A stretch of 64,000 bases of DNA, from positions 26,538,001-26,602,000 of the forward strand of contig NC_058383.1 of assembly GCF_018350175.1 (NCBI RefSeq), written 5' to 3'. The notes under the pieces were generated by a model. The model made no database searches. It had not been told where the DNA came from and worked only from the letters and a program-made list of their open reading frames with translations. Origin of the DNA: Felis catus. Lineage: Eukaryota. This document shows, one piece after another, positions 1 to 13,669 of this stretch. Within the stretch, counting starts at the first letter, position 1. Each line of letters begins with the position of its first letter. Position numbers and translations under genes: made by a program.

Positions 1-159
1 TGTGTGCCTGTGGGGGAGGGGCAAAGGGAGAGGGAGAGAGAATCCAGTGGGCTCAATGACCAGCTTGGAGCCCAAGCTCGATTTGGGAAACCTTGAGATC
101 ATGACCTGAACCCACATCAAGAGTTGGATACTTAACTGACTGAGCCACCCAGTTGCCCC
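1..159 (-). mobile_element. Can-SINE (tRNA-derived carnivore SINE), cut by window edge
   Basis: Reverse-complement SINE head ...gagatcatgacctga...actgagccacccagttgcccc. Confidence 0.85.
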
Positions 160-905
160 TAATCCTGATTTGAAAAGATGGGTGTGTTTATGTGTGTGTG
201 TGTGTGTTTGAACAAATTTGAAATGTGATCTTGGCATATTTAGTTCTTTGAAGCAACCCATGAACAACTCTTGGTGTTCAGCCTCTTGAAGGTTTCCCTA
301 GTTTATATTCCTGATAATATGACCGCTGGAATTCCTCATCTGAAGTGTAATGCTTTATTTTCAGACTCCTTGTTTTGATTGGACATTCAGATTCATTCAG
401 ATTCATTGCCCTAATGACAAGATTCTATGCTGGCTTTCTGAGATTTGCCAGAATTCAGACGGAAAAACCTATTAATTTTAGGAAAGATGTCAAATTTTTG
501 TCCTCTATAGAATGGGACTGTGATTAGGTTAGATTCTGATTAAAAAATCCCAAAGATGATAACCAGTATCACATTTGGTGCAGTTAAATTAATATATATA
601 TTCAATTGAAAACATCCTGGATTTTCTGTCCTCAAAAGATCGCTTTTCTTGCCTGTCCTATTCTTTGGGTACACATGAAGAAAAATGAAAATGTAGCAGG
701 TTTCCCAACAACAGGATTATGAAACTTGATCCAGTGTTTCTTCTTCAGTCAGGTTTAAAGGACCCTACCTGGGCATCCAGCTGCCTCAGTCGGTAGAGCA
801 TGAGCCTCTTGATCTCAGGGTTGAGTTTGAGCCACACGTTAAGGGTAGAGTTTACTTTAAAAAAAAAAAGAAAAAAGGAATCTACCGTAAGATACACTTC
901 GTATT

Positions 906-1082
906 GGGGCGCCTGGGTGGCTCAGTGGGTTGAGCATCCGACTTTGGCTCAGGTCATGATCTCACAGTTTGTGGGTTCAAGCAGGCTCTGTGCGGCGCTT
1001 GAACTCATGAACTGTGAGATCATGACCTGAGCTGAAATCAAGAGTCAGGAGGCTTTAACCTACTGAGCCACCCAGGTGTCCC
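906..1082. mobile_element. Two oppositely oriented Can-SINE heads fused into a palindrome
   Basis: ggggcgcctgggtggctcag...ttcaagc followed after 14 nt by gcttgaac...ctgagccacccaggtgtccc. Confidence 0.85.
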
Positions 1083-2281
1083 AGGAAGCTTTTGTTTAAG
1101 TGGCCTGTCTTGTGGAGTTACTGTAATACTAGTATTCCGTTTTTACTGTTCTTATTAGGATATAAAAATTACACCAGTAGTGCTGTTTTCCCCACTTTGA
1201 GTTCATTTAAAAATCTGGTTTCTGTCTTAGTGTAATTGCATTGGAGAAGTTAGAAATAGAACTAGGGTGTTTTATGTTCCTCTCTCAGGTGTATTTATTT
1301 TTAAGAATATGTGCATTTTTAGTATTGATCCTTCACAAATATTTATCTTAGGAGAGGCTGGTGTCATGAAAATAACAGTGGACTAAAAACGGGTAGACAA
1401 AAGTCCTTTGTACTGACACTACCCAGCTGTTGCCCTGAAGAGGTAATTCTTGCCTTCCCTAAGATGTAGGGTTGTGAAGGTTAAAGTTTGGAAAATTACT
1501 TTCAAAATTATTGAAGTGATACACAAATGCTGTTTATGTTGCCATGTCTGATTCAAATCTGGAATTTTAAAGATCCTCCTTTTTTACCTCTTCCTCAGAA
1601 AGTTTCAGGATTCACTACACACTTGCACACACGCACTAGTTCAGTTTTCTCTTCTAGTACTTTGTATGCATGTGTGTAGTCATTCTAAGAATTTCATAAG
1701 GAGTATTTTATGAAATAACACTTTATTTCATAAAATAAATATGGGATTTATTTTCTATTTACGTGGGAATGGGATATATGAATGGGAGCACATGTCATTG
1801 TTAAATTTCTATTAGATGTGGCATATATGATGTTTGATATTATTTATATGAAATATTGTGATATATAACTGATATCTATTAAATTGGTGGTTATGCAGTT
1901 AATTGCTCTTCAGTATAATAGTGGTTCTCTTGCTACATTTTTTAGTATGCTGCCATAATCTAAGCCTATGTCAAGTTGGCTAATGAGGAATTTGACTATG
2001 AATCTGCATAATTGTCTAGTTTTTCTCTGTGTCTTACTATTCACACTTTAAGAACTTGATACCTGTTAAAATTATGAGCCAGGGGAAAAAATCTCCTCTT
2101 TGTAACTATTTGCATAAATTAGAGGGCAGGTGCCAATGGAATTAAATAAAGAAAGGTAGATTAAAAGGTAGTTTGTACCTTGCCTAACTTTTATTATACA
2201 GCTGGAATTTGAAGAACTAATTCTTTAAGAACACCAGTTGAATGCTGCGTTGCTCTCCCTTTCTCCCACCATCTAGTATTA

Positions 2282-2695
2282 ATTTTTTTTATACGTTTAT
2301 TTATTTATTTTGGGTGAGCGGTGGGCGGGGTCGGGGATAACAGAGAAAGAGGGAGAATCCCAAGCAGGGATTGAACTCATGAAAATGTGAGATTGTGACC
2401 TGAGCCGAAATCAAGAGATGCTTAACTGACTGAGCCACCCAGGCATTGCAGGTATTAATGCTTTGTTTATTTATTTATTAAAAACTTTTTTTGATTATTT
2501 TTGAGAGAGAAAGAGACAGTACGAGCAGGGTAGGGGCAGAGAGAGAGAGAGAGAGAGACAGACAGACGGAATCTGAAACAGGCTCCAGGCTCTGAGCTGT
2601 CAGCACAGAGCCAATGCGAAGCTTGAACCCACTAACTGTGAGATAATGACCTGAGCCAAAGTCAGAAGCTTACCAAGTGAGTCACCCAGGCGCCC
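2282..2695 (-). mobile_element. Two tandem antisense Can-SINEs
   Basis: T-rich tails, (GA)n tract and reverse-complement heads ending near 2445 and 2695. Confidence 0.85.
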
Positions 2696-5332
2696 TGGTT
2701 AATGTTTTAAAGGGGGTAGGGAGGATGGATCGTGGAATCATGGCAAGGATATATTCTGCCAGTGTAACAGTTTGGAGTACATTAAAAAAATAAATAAACC
2801 ACATGTACCTTCTAAACAAAGATAGGAATAAATTTTATATCATTGTGAGACATATACATTATTATGCTATCCTGAGTTTTTACTATTTTAAATTATGGTG
2901 CGATAAATTTACTTAAAATGAGTAAATGCATCTTCTACAGAACTTCATATTTAGAAACATTGATTTTTCTCCTTTGTTGTAAAAGGGAATTATGAAAGTT
3001 TTTTATTTTAAAAACACTTAAACTGATTAATGTGTGTCTAGTGTAAAATCTAATGAGAAAAAGTCGCTTAAGTGATCATTTTGAACTGTTTCATAGTTTT
3101 CTTAAACTTAAGAGTAAATAGTTTTCTTTTTTAAGGTCTTATATCTTTTTGAGTAATCTCTACACCCTGTGTGGGGCTCAAACCCACAACCCAGAGATAG
3201 CGTGGCACATTCCACCAGCTGAGCCATCCAGGTGCCCCAAGGCTAAATACTTTTAAATACCTCAATATATTTCTTGCTACTACTGAGCACAGTGGGAGCA
3301 TTGTTTCCTAGCACTTGATTGCTGCTTCTACTATGTTTCCGTAACTACCACAACTGTCTTCCTTTAATAAATTTTCCTATAGTTAGAAGAATAGTGTGAT
3401 TATTCTGAAAAGTATCTTTCTTTCCCAGCTACTTGATTTAGGGGACTATATTTTTTGAGATTTGTCTATCGAATCTTTTTATTTATATTCAAGGATAGGA
3501 AGTAGTTATTTCAAGATCGCCTCTAAAGCAGAAGTCCCAGTACTTAAGTAGAGAGTTTATCGTACATATTTACCCCTGATTACACGTAGTATGTTTCTTT
3601 ACTGTTGCACCCCAGGATATCTCAGGAGATCGGTCTTGTAGGTGTTATTGGAGATGTTGAGAGGAATCAGAGTCCATTTAAAATTTGCTACTTGTATTGG
3701 GGTGCCTGACTGGCCCAGTCTGTAGAGCTTCCTACTCCTCATCTCAGGGGCATGGGTTCAAGCCCCCACATTGGGCATGGGGCCCTACTAAAAAAATCTA
3801 CTTGTTGTCTTCGTATAATGTTGGTAAAGTTAGACATAGAACCAAGGTGTTTTAAATTCTCTTCTAAGGTTTTTTTTTTTTTTTTTTTTTTTTTTATGTA
3901 CATTTATTTTTTAAGAGGGTTGGGGCAGGGGTCATGTGTATAATATGAGAATGCTCTAAAAGTATTTCTGTTAATAACTTCCTCTTTGTTAAGAATCACG
4001 GGTGTGGAATATGAAACTCAGTAAGTGCCTTTTCCATATTTACCATCATATTTAAGATATGTTACTAAGGGGTACATGGAATATTGCTCTTCTGATACTC
4101 TAAAACCTTGACTGTGCCCAAGATTTGTAGGGTGTATCATACCATTAGGCAGTAGTGCCTAACTTGGTAATAGTTTTTTTTAACTATGTCTAAATTGCAT
4201 AACATTTTCTTAATGTGTTACAAGTAATTTTTGGCAACCACATCATTTTTCTTGACCAGTGTCACCTGTAAAAAAAAAAAAAAAGGTGGTAATGATGTTT
4301 ATCTTTTACACAGTACATTTATTTTTAAAAGACACCACAGTGCTTTTTAGAATTATCTTTAAAGGGAAAATTTTAAATATGTAGTTGTTGGAGAATCTCA
4401 CAAGCATGTCAATCCCTTGATGGGATGTGCTTGAATCTTTTAGCTAGAGGAATTTTATCTGAATAACTCTATAGTCAGTATTTGCCTATTCTCAGGACTT
4501 TTTAAAGATGGTCGCACACATTTTTATATTAATAAAACACTGCCTTTTTCTTGATTGTAGAGTCCCATTCTGGTTTCCAGACTCTTCCTTTTAGGATTTC
4601 TATAGTATTTAACACTTAGTGATTCTTCTCTAACCTTCTCTGTCTTAATGGGCTGTATGTTTGGCATTTAACTGGAGAGCCCTGGGGGTGTGGGTGAAGA
4701 GGTGGACATGTTTCTTTGTAGACTTTCAGTTTTTTTGTCCTTCCTCTGCTAGGGAGGTCATGGAGTGAGAGATTTCCTTTCAATGTTGGCAATTTCCCAG
4801 GCTGAATGGGATGTTTCTAAAGTACTTCCAGGACTTGCTGACAAAAGGGGAGGATAAGCGATACAAATGGGAGCTGAAGCAGGGTTTCTTTTTAAGGCAG
4901 TCAGCCAGCGTTGGTTAAAAATAAAGGCCAAGAGAAAGTGAGTTAAATTAACTTGGTGCGTTAGATTCATGAGCCTTTAGGTGAGCTATTATTTAGCATA
5001 AACAAAGTTATTTCTGTTAAATACTGAACCCTAAATTCACATTTGTATTGGAGGTTCAAAGCATACCAGATTTTATAACTGCCACTATTCTTTAATACCT
5101 GGTTAGGTATGAATTTATGCCAGATGAGGTAAAGAACCTTAGAATACTTAAATTAGCAGTGGATTTCTCATGTTTTTGTCTCAGCCGATGATTTTCTGAT
5201 TTTATCAGCCTTAGTGGTTTGACTCTTTAATTTTTTCCTGCTTTCTCAGTGGTCAGTTAATAAGAATTTAGCCACAATTCTGAATGGTATCAAAATGGGT
5301 AGACACTAAAATATTAAGAATTTATGGTGCAT

Positions 5333-5394
5333 TTCCTTCCTTCCTTCCTTCCTTCCTTCCTTCCTTCCTTCCTTCCTTCCTTCCTTCCTTCCTT
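5333..5394. repeat. (TTCC)n microsatellite
   Basis: About 15 perfect TTCC units. Confidence 0.97.
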
Positions 5395-5831
5395 GTGCAT
5401 TTCATTCTTAAAAAAATAGAGTGCTATAGGGGCTATCTCAGGTATTTCTCAGGCATTGATAAAGAATGAAATTGCTATTTTGTTAGAAATTTAGAAACTT
5501 TTTTTTTAACTAATGTAGGTAACATTTGTCTTTTACTGATATAAATGCTGTTGTTTCTTTCTGTACCTTGGCTAGGTTAATCCTTTCTGAGCTCTAAGTT
5601 CCTGTTCTTAGACCTGATTAATTAATTCAGACACTAACAGTCTTTGGTTTCTTTGGAAAGCACAGTGACTTAAAGCTGGTGCCATATTTTGCTTTTCTAT
5701 TTAGATTGGCTAAATATGGGTAGGCAATATAAGACCTGAAATACTAAAGTATTAAGAATAAATCAACAGTCTTTTCCTTACCTTCTGTGCCTTCACTGTA
5801 AAGAACTGTTGCCTTTAAAGTCCGATTTATT

Positions 5832-6500
5832 GGGGTGATTGGGTGACTCAGTCGGTTAAGCATCTGATTCTTGGTTTTCGGCTCAGGTCTTGATCTCATG
5901 GGTCATGGGTTGGAGCCTCATGTCTGGCTCTGGGCTGACAGTGTGGATCCTACTTGGGATTTATCTCTTTCTCTTCTGTGCCCTTCCCCCACTTGTGCAC
6001 TCGCTCTCTCTCAAACAACAACAAAAAATAATAATAAATCAATGTTAAAATAAAGGCAGATTTGGGGCACCCGGGTGGCTCAGTTGGTTAAGCATCCGAC
6101 TTTGGCTCAGGTCCTGGTCTCACTGTTCGTGGGTTCGAGCCCTGTCTTGGGCTCTATGCTGACAGAGCCTGGAGACTGCTTTGGATTCTGTGTCTCCCTC
6201 TTTCTCTGTCCCTCCTTCCACTTGTGCTCTCTCTCTCTCCCTCTCAAAAATAGAATAACACATTAAAAAAAATTTTTTTTAAATAAAAAAATAAAGTCAG
6301 ATTTATTGAGGTGCCTGGGTGGCTCAGTCGGTTGAACGTCCGAGTCTTGATTTCAGCTCAAGTCATGATCATAGGGTCATGATATTGAGCCCCACATTAG
6401 GCTCTGCACTGAGTATGGAGCCTGCATAAGATTTTCTCTCTCCCTCTGCCCCATCCCCTGCTTGTGTACTTTCTTTGTTTCAAAAAAAAAAAAAAAAAAG
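5832..6500 (+). mobile_element. Cluster of three sense Can-SINEs
   Basis: Three gggg...ggtggctcagt heads at ~5832, ~6064, ~6308, each with (CT)n and A-rich tail. Confidence 0.88.
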
Positions 6501-6920
6501 ATTTATTGAGGTACAATTTACAAGCTGTATAGTTCTTTGAGTTTTGATAAATACATGTAATATTGTAAACGTGTCCACCATAGTTAAGCTATAGAATCGT
6601 TCCATCATCCTGCAACATTTCCTTGTGCCCTTGTCAGGCCTGCTTTCTGTCCTTGCTAACTAACCTCTGGTCTGTTTCTTCTTATAATTTTATCTTTTCA
6701 GGAATGCCATATATTTTTTTTAAAGGTTTTTAAATTATTATTATTATTCTTAAGTCATCTCTACACACAACGTGGTGCTCAAATTCACAACCCTAAGATC
6801 AAGAGTTGCATGGTTCAGTGACTGAGCCAGCCAGGTACCCCAAGAATGTCATAAATTTAAAAAAAAATTGTGGTAAAATGGACATAAAGTTTACCATTTT
6901 ACAGTCCAGTGTGCTGAGTA

Positions 6921-6937
6921 CAGTTGACCTAACACCC

Positions 6938-6983
<46 letters not shown>

Positions 6984-7239
6984 AAATCTGCATATAACTT
7001 CCCTGAAACTTAACTACTAATAGGCAGCTGTTGACTGAAAGCCTCATAATAACATAGTCAATTAACATATCTTGTGTGTTTTGTGTATTACTGTATTCTT
7101 ACAATAAAATAAGCTAGGGAAAAGAAAATATTAAAATCATAAGGAAGGCATTTATAGTACTGTACTGTATGTATTGAAAAAAAATCCACATGTAAGTGGA
7201 CTGGTGCAGTTCAAACCCGTGTTGTTTAAGAGCCAACTG
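6921..7239. mobile_element. Tigger2/MER8-like Tc-mariner DNA transposon relic with an internal (CA)n at 6940-6981
   Basis: TA|cagttgacc ... gtgttgtttaagagccaactg|TA termini with TA target duplication; nested in an old antisense L1. Confidence 0.7.
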
Positions 7240-7241
7240 TA

Positions 7242-8690
7242 CATTCATGACACTGTGCAACGATCACTACTGTCTAGTTCCAGAACTTTTCATCACCCCA
7301 AACAGAACCCCGGTACCCTTTAAGCAGTCACTTCCCATTCTGCCCTCCTCTTAGCTCCTCGCAACCACACATCTACTTTGTGGATTTGCCTAGTCTGGGT
7401 ATTTTATATAAACGTAATCATACAATATGTAGCCTTTTGTTCTGGCCTCTTAGCATAATGTTTCAGGGTTCATCGGTGTTGTGGTAGGTGTCAGTACTTC
7501 ATTCCTTTTTATGGAATCTTTTCTTTTTTTGTAAGTTTATTTATTTTGAGAGAGAGTGAGCAGGGAAAGGGCAGAGAGAGAGGGAGGTAGAGAATCCCAA
7601 GCAGGTCAGCATGGAGCTGGATGAAGGCCTCAGTCCTGTGACCCGTGAGATTGTGACCTGAGCTGAAATCAAGAGTCGGATGCTTAACCCTCTGAGCCAC
7701 CCAGGCGCTCCCTTTTTATGGAATCTCATGTGGAATTTATAATCTTCCACTGTCTGCATATACTGTGGGTTGGTTGTTTTTTTTTTTTTTAATGTTTATT
7801 TTTGAAAGAGAGGCAGAGCGCTACTGGGAGAGGGGCGCTTAACCACTGAGCCACCCAGGCACCCCTATACCATGTTTTTTAAATCCATCCTTTGAAGGAC
7901 TTTTGGGTTTCCACCTTCCTTTAGGTTATTGTGAATAGTGTTGTGGTGAACATTCATGTACAAGTTTTTGTGAGAAGATCTGTTTTCAGCTCTTAGGGTA
8001 TATGTCTAAGAGTGGATTTGTTGGGTCAAAAGGTAATTTTTTGTTTAACTTCTTGAGGAATTGCCAAATTGTTTTCTAAAGTGGTTGTACCATTTTACAC
8101 TCCCATCATTTATGTATGAGGGTTCCATTTTTTCAATATGTTTGCAACACGAGTTATTTATTTTTTTAAATTATGGTTAGCCTAGTGGGTGTGATTTCTT
8201 AATTGTGGTTTTGACTTACATGTTCTTAATCACTAATGATGTTGAGCAATTTTTCATGTGCTTTTTGGCTATCTTTATCTTTGGAAAAATAGTTATTCAA
8301 AATTTTAGCCCATTTAAAAATTGGATTGTTTGTGTTGTTGTTTAGTTATAAGAATTTTTTATATATTTTGTTATAGTATATACATTTTTAATGTTTATTC
8401 TTAAGAGAGAGACCACGAGCAGGGAAAGGCAGAGAGAGAGAGGGAGACACAGAATCTGAAGCAGGCTTCAGGCTTTGAGCTGTCAGCACAGAGCCCAACA
8501 CAGGGCTCAAACCCACGAACTGTGATATCATGACCTGATCTGAAGTTGGACGCTCAACCAACTGAGCCACTGAACCACCCCAAGAATTTTTTATGTATTT
8601 TGGATATTAGCCTTTGATGAGATACATGATTGCAAACAATTTTGCTAATTTTGTGAGTTGTCTTTTCACTCTCTTGATAGTGTCCTTTCA
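7242..8690 (-). mobile_element. Old antisense L1 (L1M-type) 3' region interrupted by three Can-SINEs
   Basis: Typical motifs ttccagaacttttcatcacccca, tgtaccattttacactccca, cactaatgatgttgagca; boundaries approximate. Confidence 0.75.
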
Positions 8691-10029
8691 TGTGACAAAA
8701 ATAAATAAGGTGTTAAAAGCGCATATTAAGTAGGTAAAAAAATTCAGAATTCATTTACCTATATGGCTGAAGCAAGCCCGAATCTATTTTTGGTGGCTTT
8801 TTGTGTTTATAAGTTTCTCTTAAGATCATATGCATGGATCAGATTTTAGTTATGGAAGTTTAACTTAAGATATAAATTTTTACTTAATTTAAATAATTGT
8901 AATGGAGTTTGAACCAAGGTATTCATCTAGTCTGTACTCCTTTGCCGCAACCACTATATTTTTCTCTTTTCCCTATGAAAGTTTGTGGTATAAGATAGTA
9001 CCCTCTGCTCACATCTCAAACAAGCAATCAAATTGAAGCTAGTATGTAACTACTAAGTGCAAACTAATGTGGTGCACACTTTGAGAGTTTGAAGAAGGAG
9101 TTGAATATTGGGATTGTTTCTGAAATCACAGAGCATATTATACTCCTAATGGGAACTTCTACTGACTTTACAGTTCTTTTCTTTCTAGATTATAAATTCT
9201 TACAGGGTTGGAACCGTCTTAGTTTGCCTTTTAGAGTCATTAGCTCTTAGTTAATGCTCTTGTACTAAATGATCAAGAAAATACTGATTTTAATAGAATG
9301 CTCTGGAGAGGAAGTATGGGTTGAAGAAAAGTTAGTGTTGGTTTAGGTTAGGGAACTGTATTCCACGGTTGAGAGAAGGGCCTCAGTTATGACAGCAATC
9401 GTTTAGTCAACAGGTAATTTATATGCCATCTAGGCAGTGGGAATATATGATAAGCAACACGGACAGTCCCCTGCCCTTCTGGTATTTTCAGTCTCCTGGC
9501 AGAATACATTTAAATACACTTCTCAAAAGGAACTATTAGGTTCTCTGGTAGCACTTATATAGCAGGGACTATTAGCCAGACTTAGGGGAATCAGAAACTT
9601 TTCAAAGTAAAGCTGAGGCTTGGAGGATAAAGATAAATTGGTTAGTGTCACCAAGGGGTGAGGACAAAGCTGTTCCAGGCAGACTGGCTGAGCAAGGTGA
9701 TTTTTTTTTTCCCTCTGGCTGTGAAAGATTAGGATGGATGGACATGGAGTATAAAAGGGGTGGTTGGTAGAGATATAGCTAAAAAGGGAAGTAAGGTACA
9801 TAGGATAAGGGCAGCGAGAAGATATCAGATTTGTGTTTTATAACAATAATGTTGGAATGTGGAGGTGGGATGGAGATGAGCATTGGAAGTGGGAGACATA
9901 CTGTCTGGCTGATCAAATAGTGCCATTTATTAGAAAATAGTGGTTAGATGATGGTACCATTTATTAAAATGAGGATTCCAGGAGGAAAGGAGATAGTTGT
10001 ATTTGAGGCATTAGAACATTGAGATTGTT

Positions 10030-10480
10030 TTTTTTAAATATATTTTTTAAAATGTTTATTTTATTTTTTGATAGCTCAAGCAAGGGAGGGGGAGAGAGAC
10101 AGAGACAGAGGTTATGAAGCAGGCTGTCTGCTGACAACAGTGAGCCTGATGCGAGGCATGAACTCACAAACCACAAGATCACAACCTGAGCCTAAGTCAG
10201 ATGCTTAACCGACTGAGCCACCTAGATGCCCCGAGATTGTTTTTTAAACAGTTGGGTACATGGGGCACCTGGATGGCTCAGTCACTTGAGCATCTGACTT
10301 CGGCTCAGGTCATGATCTCGAGGTCTGTGAGCTCGAGCCCCACATCTGGTTCTGTGCTGACAGCTCAGAGCCTGGAGCCTGCTTCAGATTCTCTGTCTCC
10401 CTCTCTCTCTGCCCCTCCCCTGTTCATGCTCTGTCTCTCTCTCTCTGTCAAAAATAAATAAACATTAAAAAAAAATTTTT
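10030..10480. mobile_element. Divergent pair of Can-SINEs (antisense to ~10232, sense from ~10262)
   Basis: Heads 30 nt apart in opposite orientation. Confidence 0.88.
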
Positions 10481-11603
10481 AAAAGTTGAGTACATAGATC
10501 TAGATCTCAGTGTGGACATCAGTGATGGAGGCCTTGTCAAACACTGGTAAATATTGCCATCGGTATGGATTGAGTGAGAGAACACAAAGTGAGATGAATA
10601 GAGGGCCTAAGGTCAGGCTTTGAGAAACCTTAAGATTTAGTGGCTTGGTAGAGAAGGCTGAACAAGCCCTCAGAGGTTCCTAAGAAAGTAGAACCAGGTA
10701 GGAAGAAATAGAGAGTATAATGTCCCATAAGCCAAAGGAAGAGAAGAATCTGGTTACTTTGAATTCTTGGGATCTGAGTGCCCAGGGTTATTGTAGGAAT
10801 TTTAAAAAGAAGTTTTCATTCAGCCCACCTCTTCTCTGCAAGACACCTTTCTGGGGGCCACAACCTGCTTAACTCCACTTAGCAGCCCTGTGAAAGCCTC
10901 TGAGGAGTAAGATAAAGCCTGAGCTATCTTGGGTTTAGCATCCTGGAGGTCATAGTTGGTTTGGCCAAAAGTGATGGGGCAGAAGTTGAATCATTGTGGG
11001 TTGAGGTGCCAGTAGAGGTGAAGAAACAGGGTGGGAAATAGAGACAACTCTTAGTTTGCAGAAAGTGAAGGCAGATTGTTTGGTGGTGTCAGGTGGGATG
11101 GATGGAGCTTTTCTGTTTGTTTTGTATTATTTGTTAAACATATTTTTGTATTTTTAAGTGAGAGACATTAGAAAATTTTACATGTGTCGAGAGAAGATTC
11201 CATTGTTCAGTGGGAAAGGTAGATTCCACAGGATAAAGGGTATTTGCAGAGTTACGAGAAGGTGGAAGTAGATGGATCCTAATCAAGGCCTAGAGTTGGG
11301 TGTCGATGTGTTATGGTATCTTTTTTTCTTGGTGAAGTAAAGTGTGTGTGCACGCGCGCGCGTGTGTGTGTAGGAGGTTTAGGAGAGCAATTTGGAATCC
11401 AAAGGGAATGGGGAGGTCTGGAAAGTGCACATAGAGAATGGGAGATGAACATCAGAGGACCTGGGAGTGTGGTGATGACTTAGGAATGATGGGTAATTGA
11501 TAACTGGGTTATTCAGGGTTGGGGTTTTAGCAGATCGGTGTGAGGAAAATATTAAGGGAGGTTAAGGTGACTGGCAAGAGTGTTGTTGAAATGATAGACC
11601 ATG

Positions 11604-12252
11604 CTTCTCCAGTGCACTTGGAACGTTCTCCAGAATAGACCATATACTGGGACACAAATCAGCCCTAAGTAAGTACAAAAATATCGAGATCATACCGTGC
11701 ATATTTTCAGACCACAGCACTATGAAACTTGAAATCACAAGAAAAAATTTGGAAAGGTAACCAATACTTGGAGACTGAAGACATCCTACTAAAGAATGAA
11801 TGGACCAAGAAAGAAGTTAAAGAGGAAATTAAAAAGTATTTAGAAGTCAATGAAAATGGTAACGCCACAACCCAAAACCTCTGGGACACAGCAAAGGTGG
11901 TCATAAGAGGAAAGTATATAGCAATCCAGACCTTCCTAAAGAAGGAAGAAAGATCTCAGATATACAACCTAACCTTATGCCTTAAGGAGCTGGAAAAAGA
12001 ACAGTAAATAAAACTCAAAACCAGCAGAAGACAGGAGATAATAAAGATTAGAGCAGAAATTAATGCTATTAAAACCAAAAAAACAGAACAGATTAATGAA
12101 ACCAGAAGCTGGTTCTTTGAAAGAATTAACAAAATTGATGAACCACTGGCCAGTTTGATCAAAAAGAAAAAGGAAAGGACCCAAATAAATAACATCAAGA
12201 ATGAAAGAAGAGAGATCACAACCAACACAGCAGAAATAAAAACAATAATAAG
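11604..12252 (+). mobile_element. Internal L1 ORF2 fragment flanked by a 17-bp TSD
   Basis: Translates to L1 ORF2-like KEEIKKYLEVNENGNATTQNLWDTAKVVIRGKYIA; tgaaatgatagaccatg at 11587-11603 and 12253-12269. Confidence 0.92.
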
Positions 12253-13669
12253 TGAAATGATAGACCATGAAATCTAAGGTGAAAGAAGGAAGTGAAGGAG
12301 GAAGAAAGTATTTGGACTAGGAGAAAGTAGAAAGTCAGTGGAATTAAAGTTGCGTAAAAAATCTTGAGAGAGGTATTGAGAAAGAGTGTGAATAAACAAT
12401 TGTCCAAAGTAAGTCATCAGGGGATGTTGAGCAAGATGATCTGAAAAGAGATTATGGGATTTTAGAGACAAATAGGCCACAGGTGGCAGCTCCTACTTTG
12501 GTAGGAACAGTTTCATTGGAGTGCTCAGGGGGGAACCCAGGTTACAGTGAATTGAAAAGTGAATGAAGATAAGGAAGATAAATTTTTCTCAAGAGTTTTA
12601 GCTGTGAAGAGTCCAGACAATTAGGAGAAAGGAAATTAAGATTTTTTTTTTTTAATGTAGGCTCCCCGCCCTGATGTGGGACTTGAACATCCCACAAGAT
12701 CTAGAGTTTAACATCCCTAAGGTCTAGAGTTGCATGCTCTACTGAGGGAGCTAGCCAGATGCCCCAAGATTTTGATTTTTGTTGTTGTTAAAAGAAAGAC
12801 TTGAGGATGCTCATGTGTTGGTGATATGATGAGCAGTAGGAAAGTGGGAGTCCACAGCATACCTCAGAAAATAGGGGGAATGTGTGGATCCAGAAGGTTA
12901 CTGTAGATAGGATGTTTACTTGTTCATTATGTGAGGGTGATGGGAAGAAAGGCTGTGTGTGAAGATATGGGTGAATTTGTGGATTTACTGGAAGGAAGTT
13001 GGCAAGAACTGATGGAGTGCTGAAGAACTTGAAAGTTTGTACAGAGTTTGAGGTCTTGGTCTGCCTTTTACCAGATGTGCAACTTTCGGTCAGTTATGGA
13101 ACCTTAGTTACCTCATCTGTAAGAGGGGAACTTACTCTCTTTAGTAATGAGTTAATCATAACAATAAGATTATGTTAAAGATTAAATGAAATACTAGATA
13201 CATGCAAACTGCTGATCTAAGTTGCCTACCAGATGTGGTAGGAGCTCAAAACTGTTAGCCCTTGCTATTGAGAGTGCTGTAGAATGGCTTGTATTTTGCA
13301 TGAAGCAGGAATCTGCAAAGTTGTGTATTGGAAGAGCTCTGGGGAAAGGAGGAAGGTGCAGGAAGCTTGAAAACTGTTTGGGGAAGGAGAGAACCCTGAT
13401 TAGGGAAACATGGGCAGTGTTGAAGACCTAGTTGTCGTCTGGGAACTACCTGGGGGTGCTCTGTTGATCAGTCTTTACACTGAGGATAATTGTGCCCATG
13501 AAGCAAAGGATAAAATCTGATGTGCCCTTTTAGAGTTGCTTTGTCCCTTCTGGCTAATTTGGTTAGAGGTCTGTCAATAGAGGGTGTTTGAGATGACTTG
13601 TAGGGAAATTATGCTGAAGTCAAATCTTTACTATGTTTTCTTAAGATGGTATTAAAAAACAAAATTCAC

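Noticed and set aside
770..870. tRNA-like short elements (also ~3699, ~25600, ~46298, ~50955)
   Set aside because: Short tRNA-derived SINE forms with A tails and degenerate stems, not tRNA genes.
11729..12007. 92-aa ORF as an independent gene
   Set aside because: L1 ORF2 fragment ending at a premature stop; no reverse transcriptase domain or promoter.
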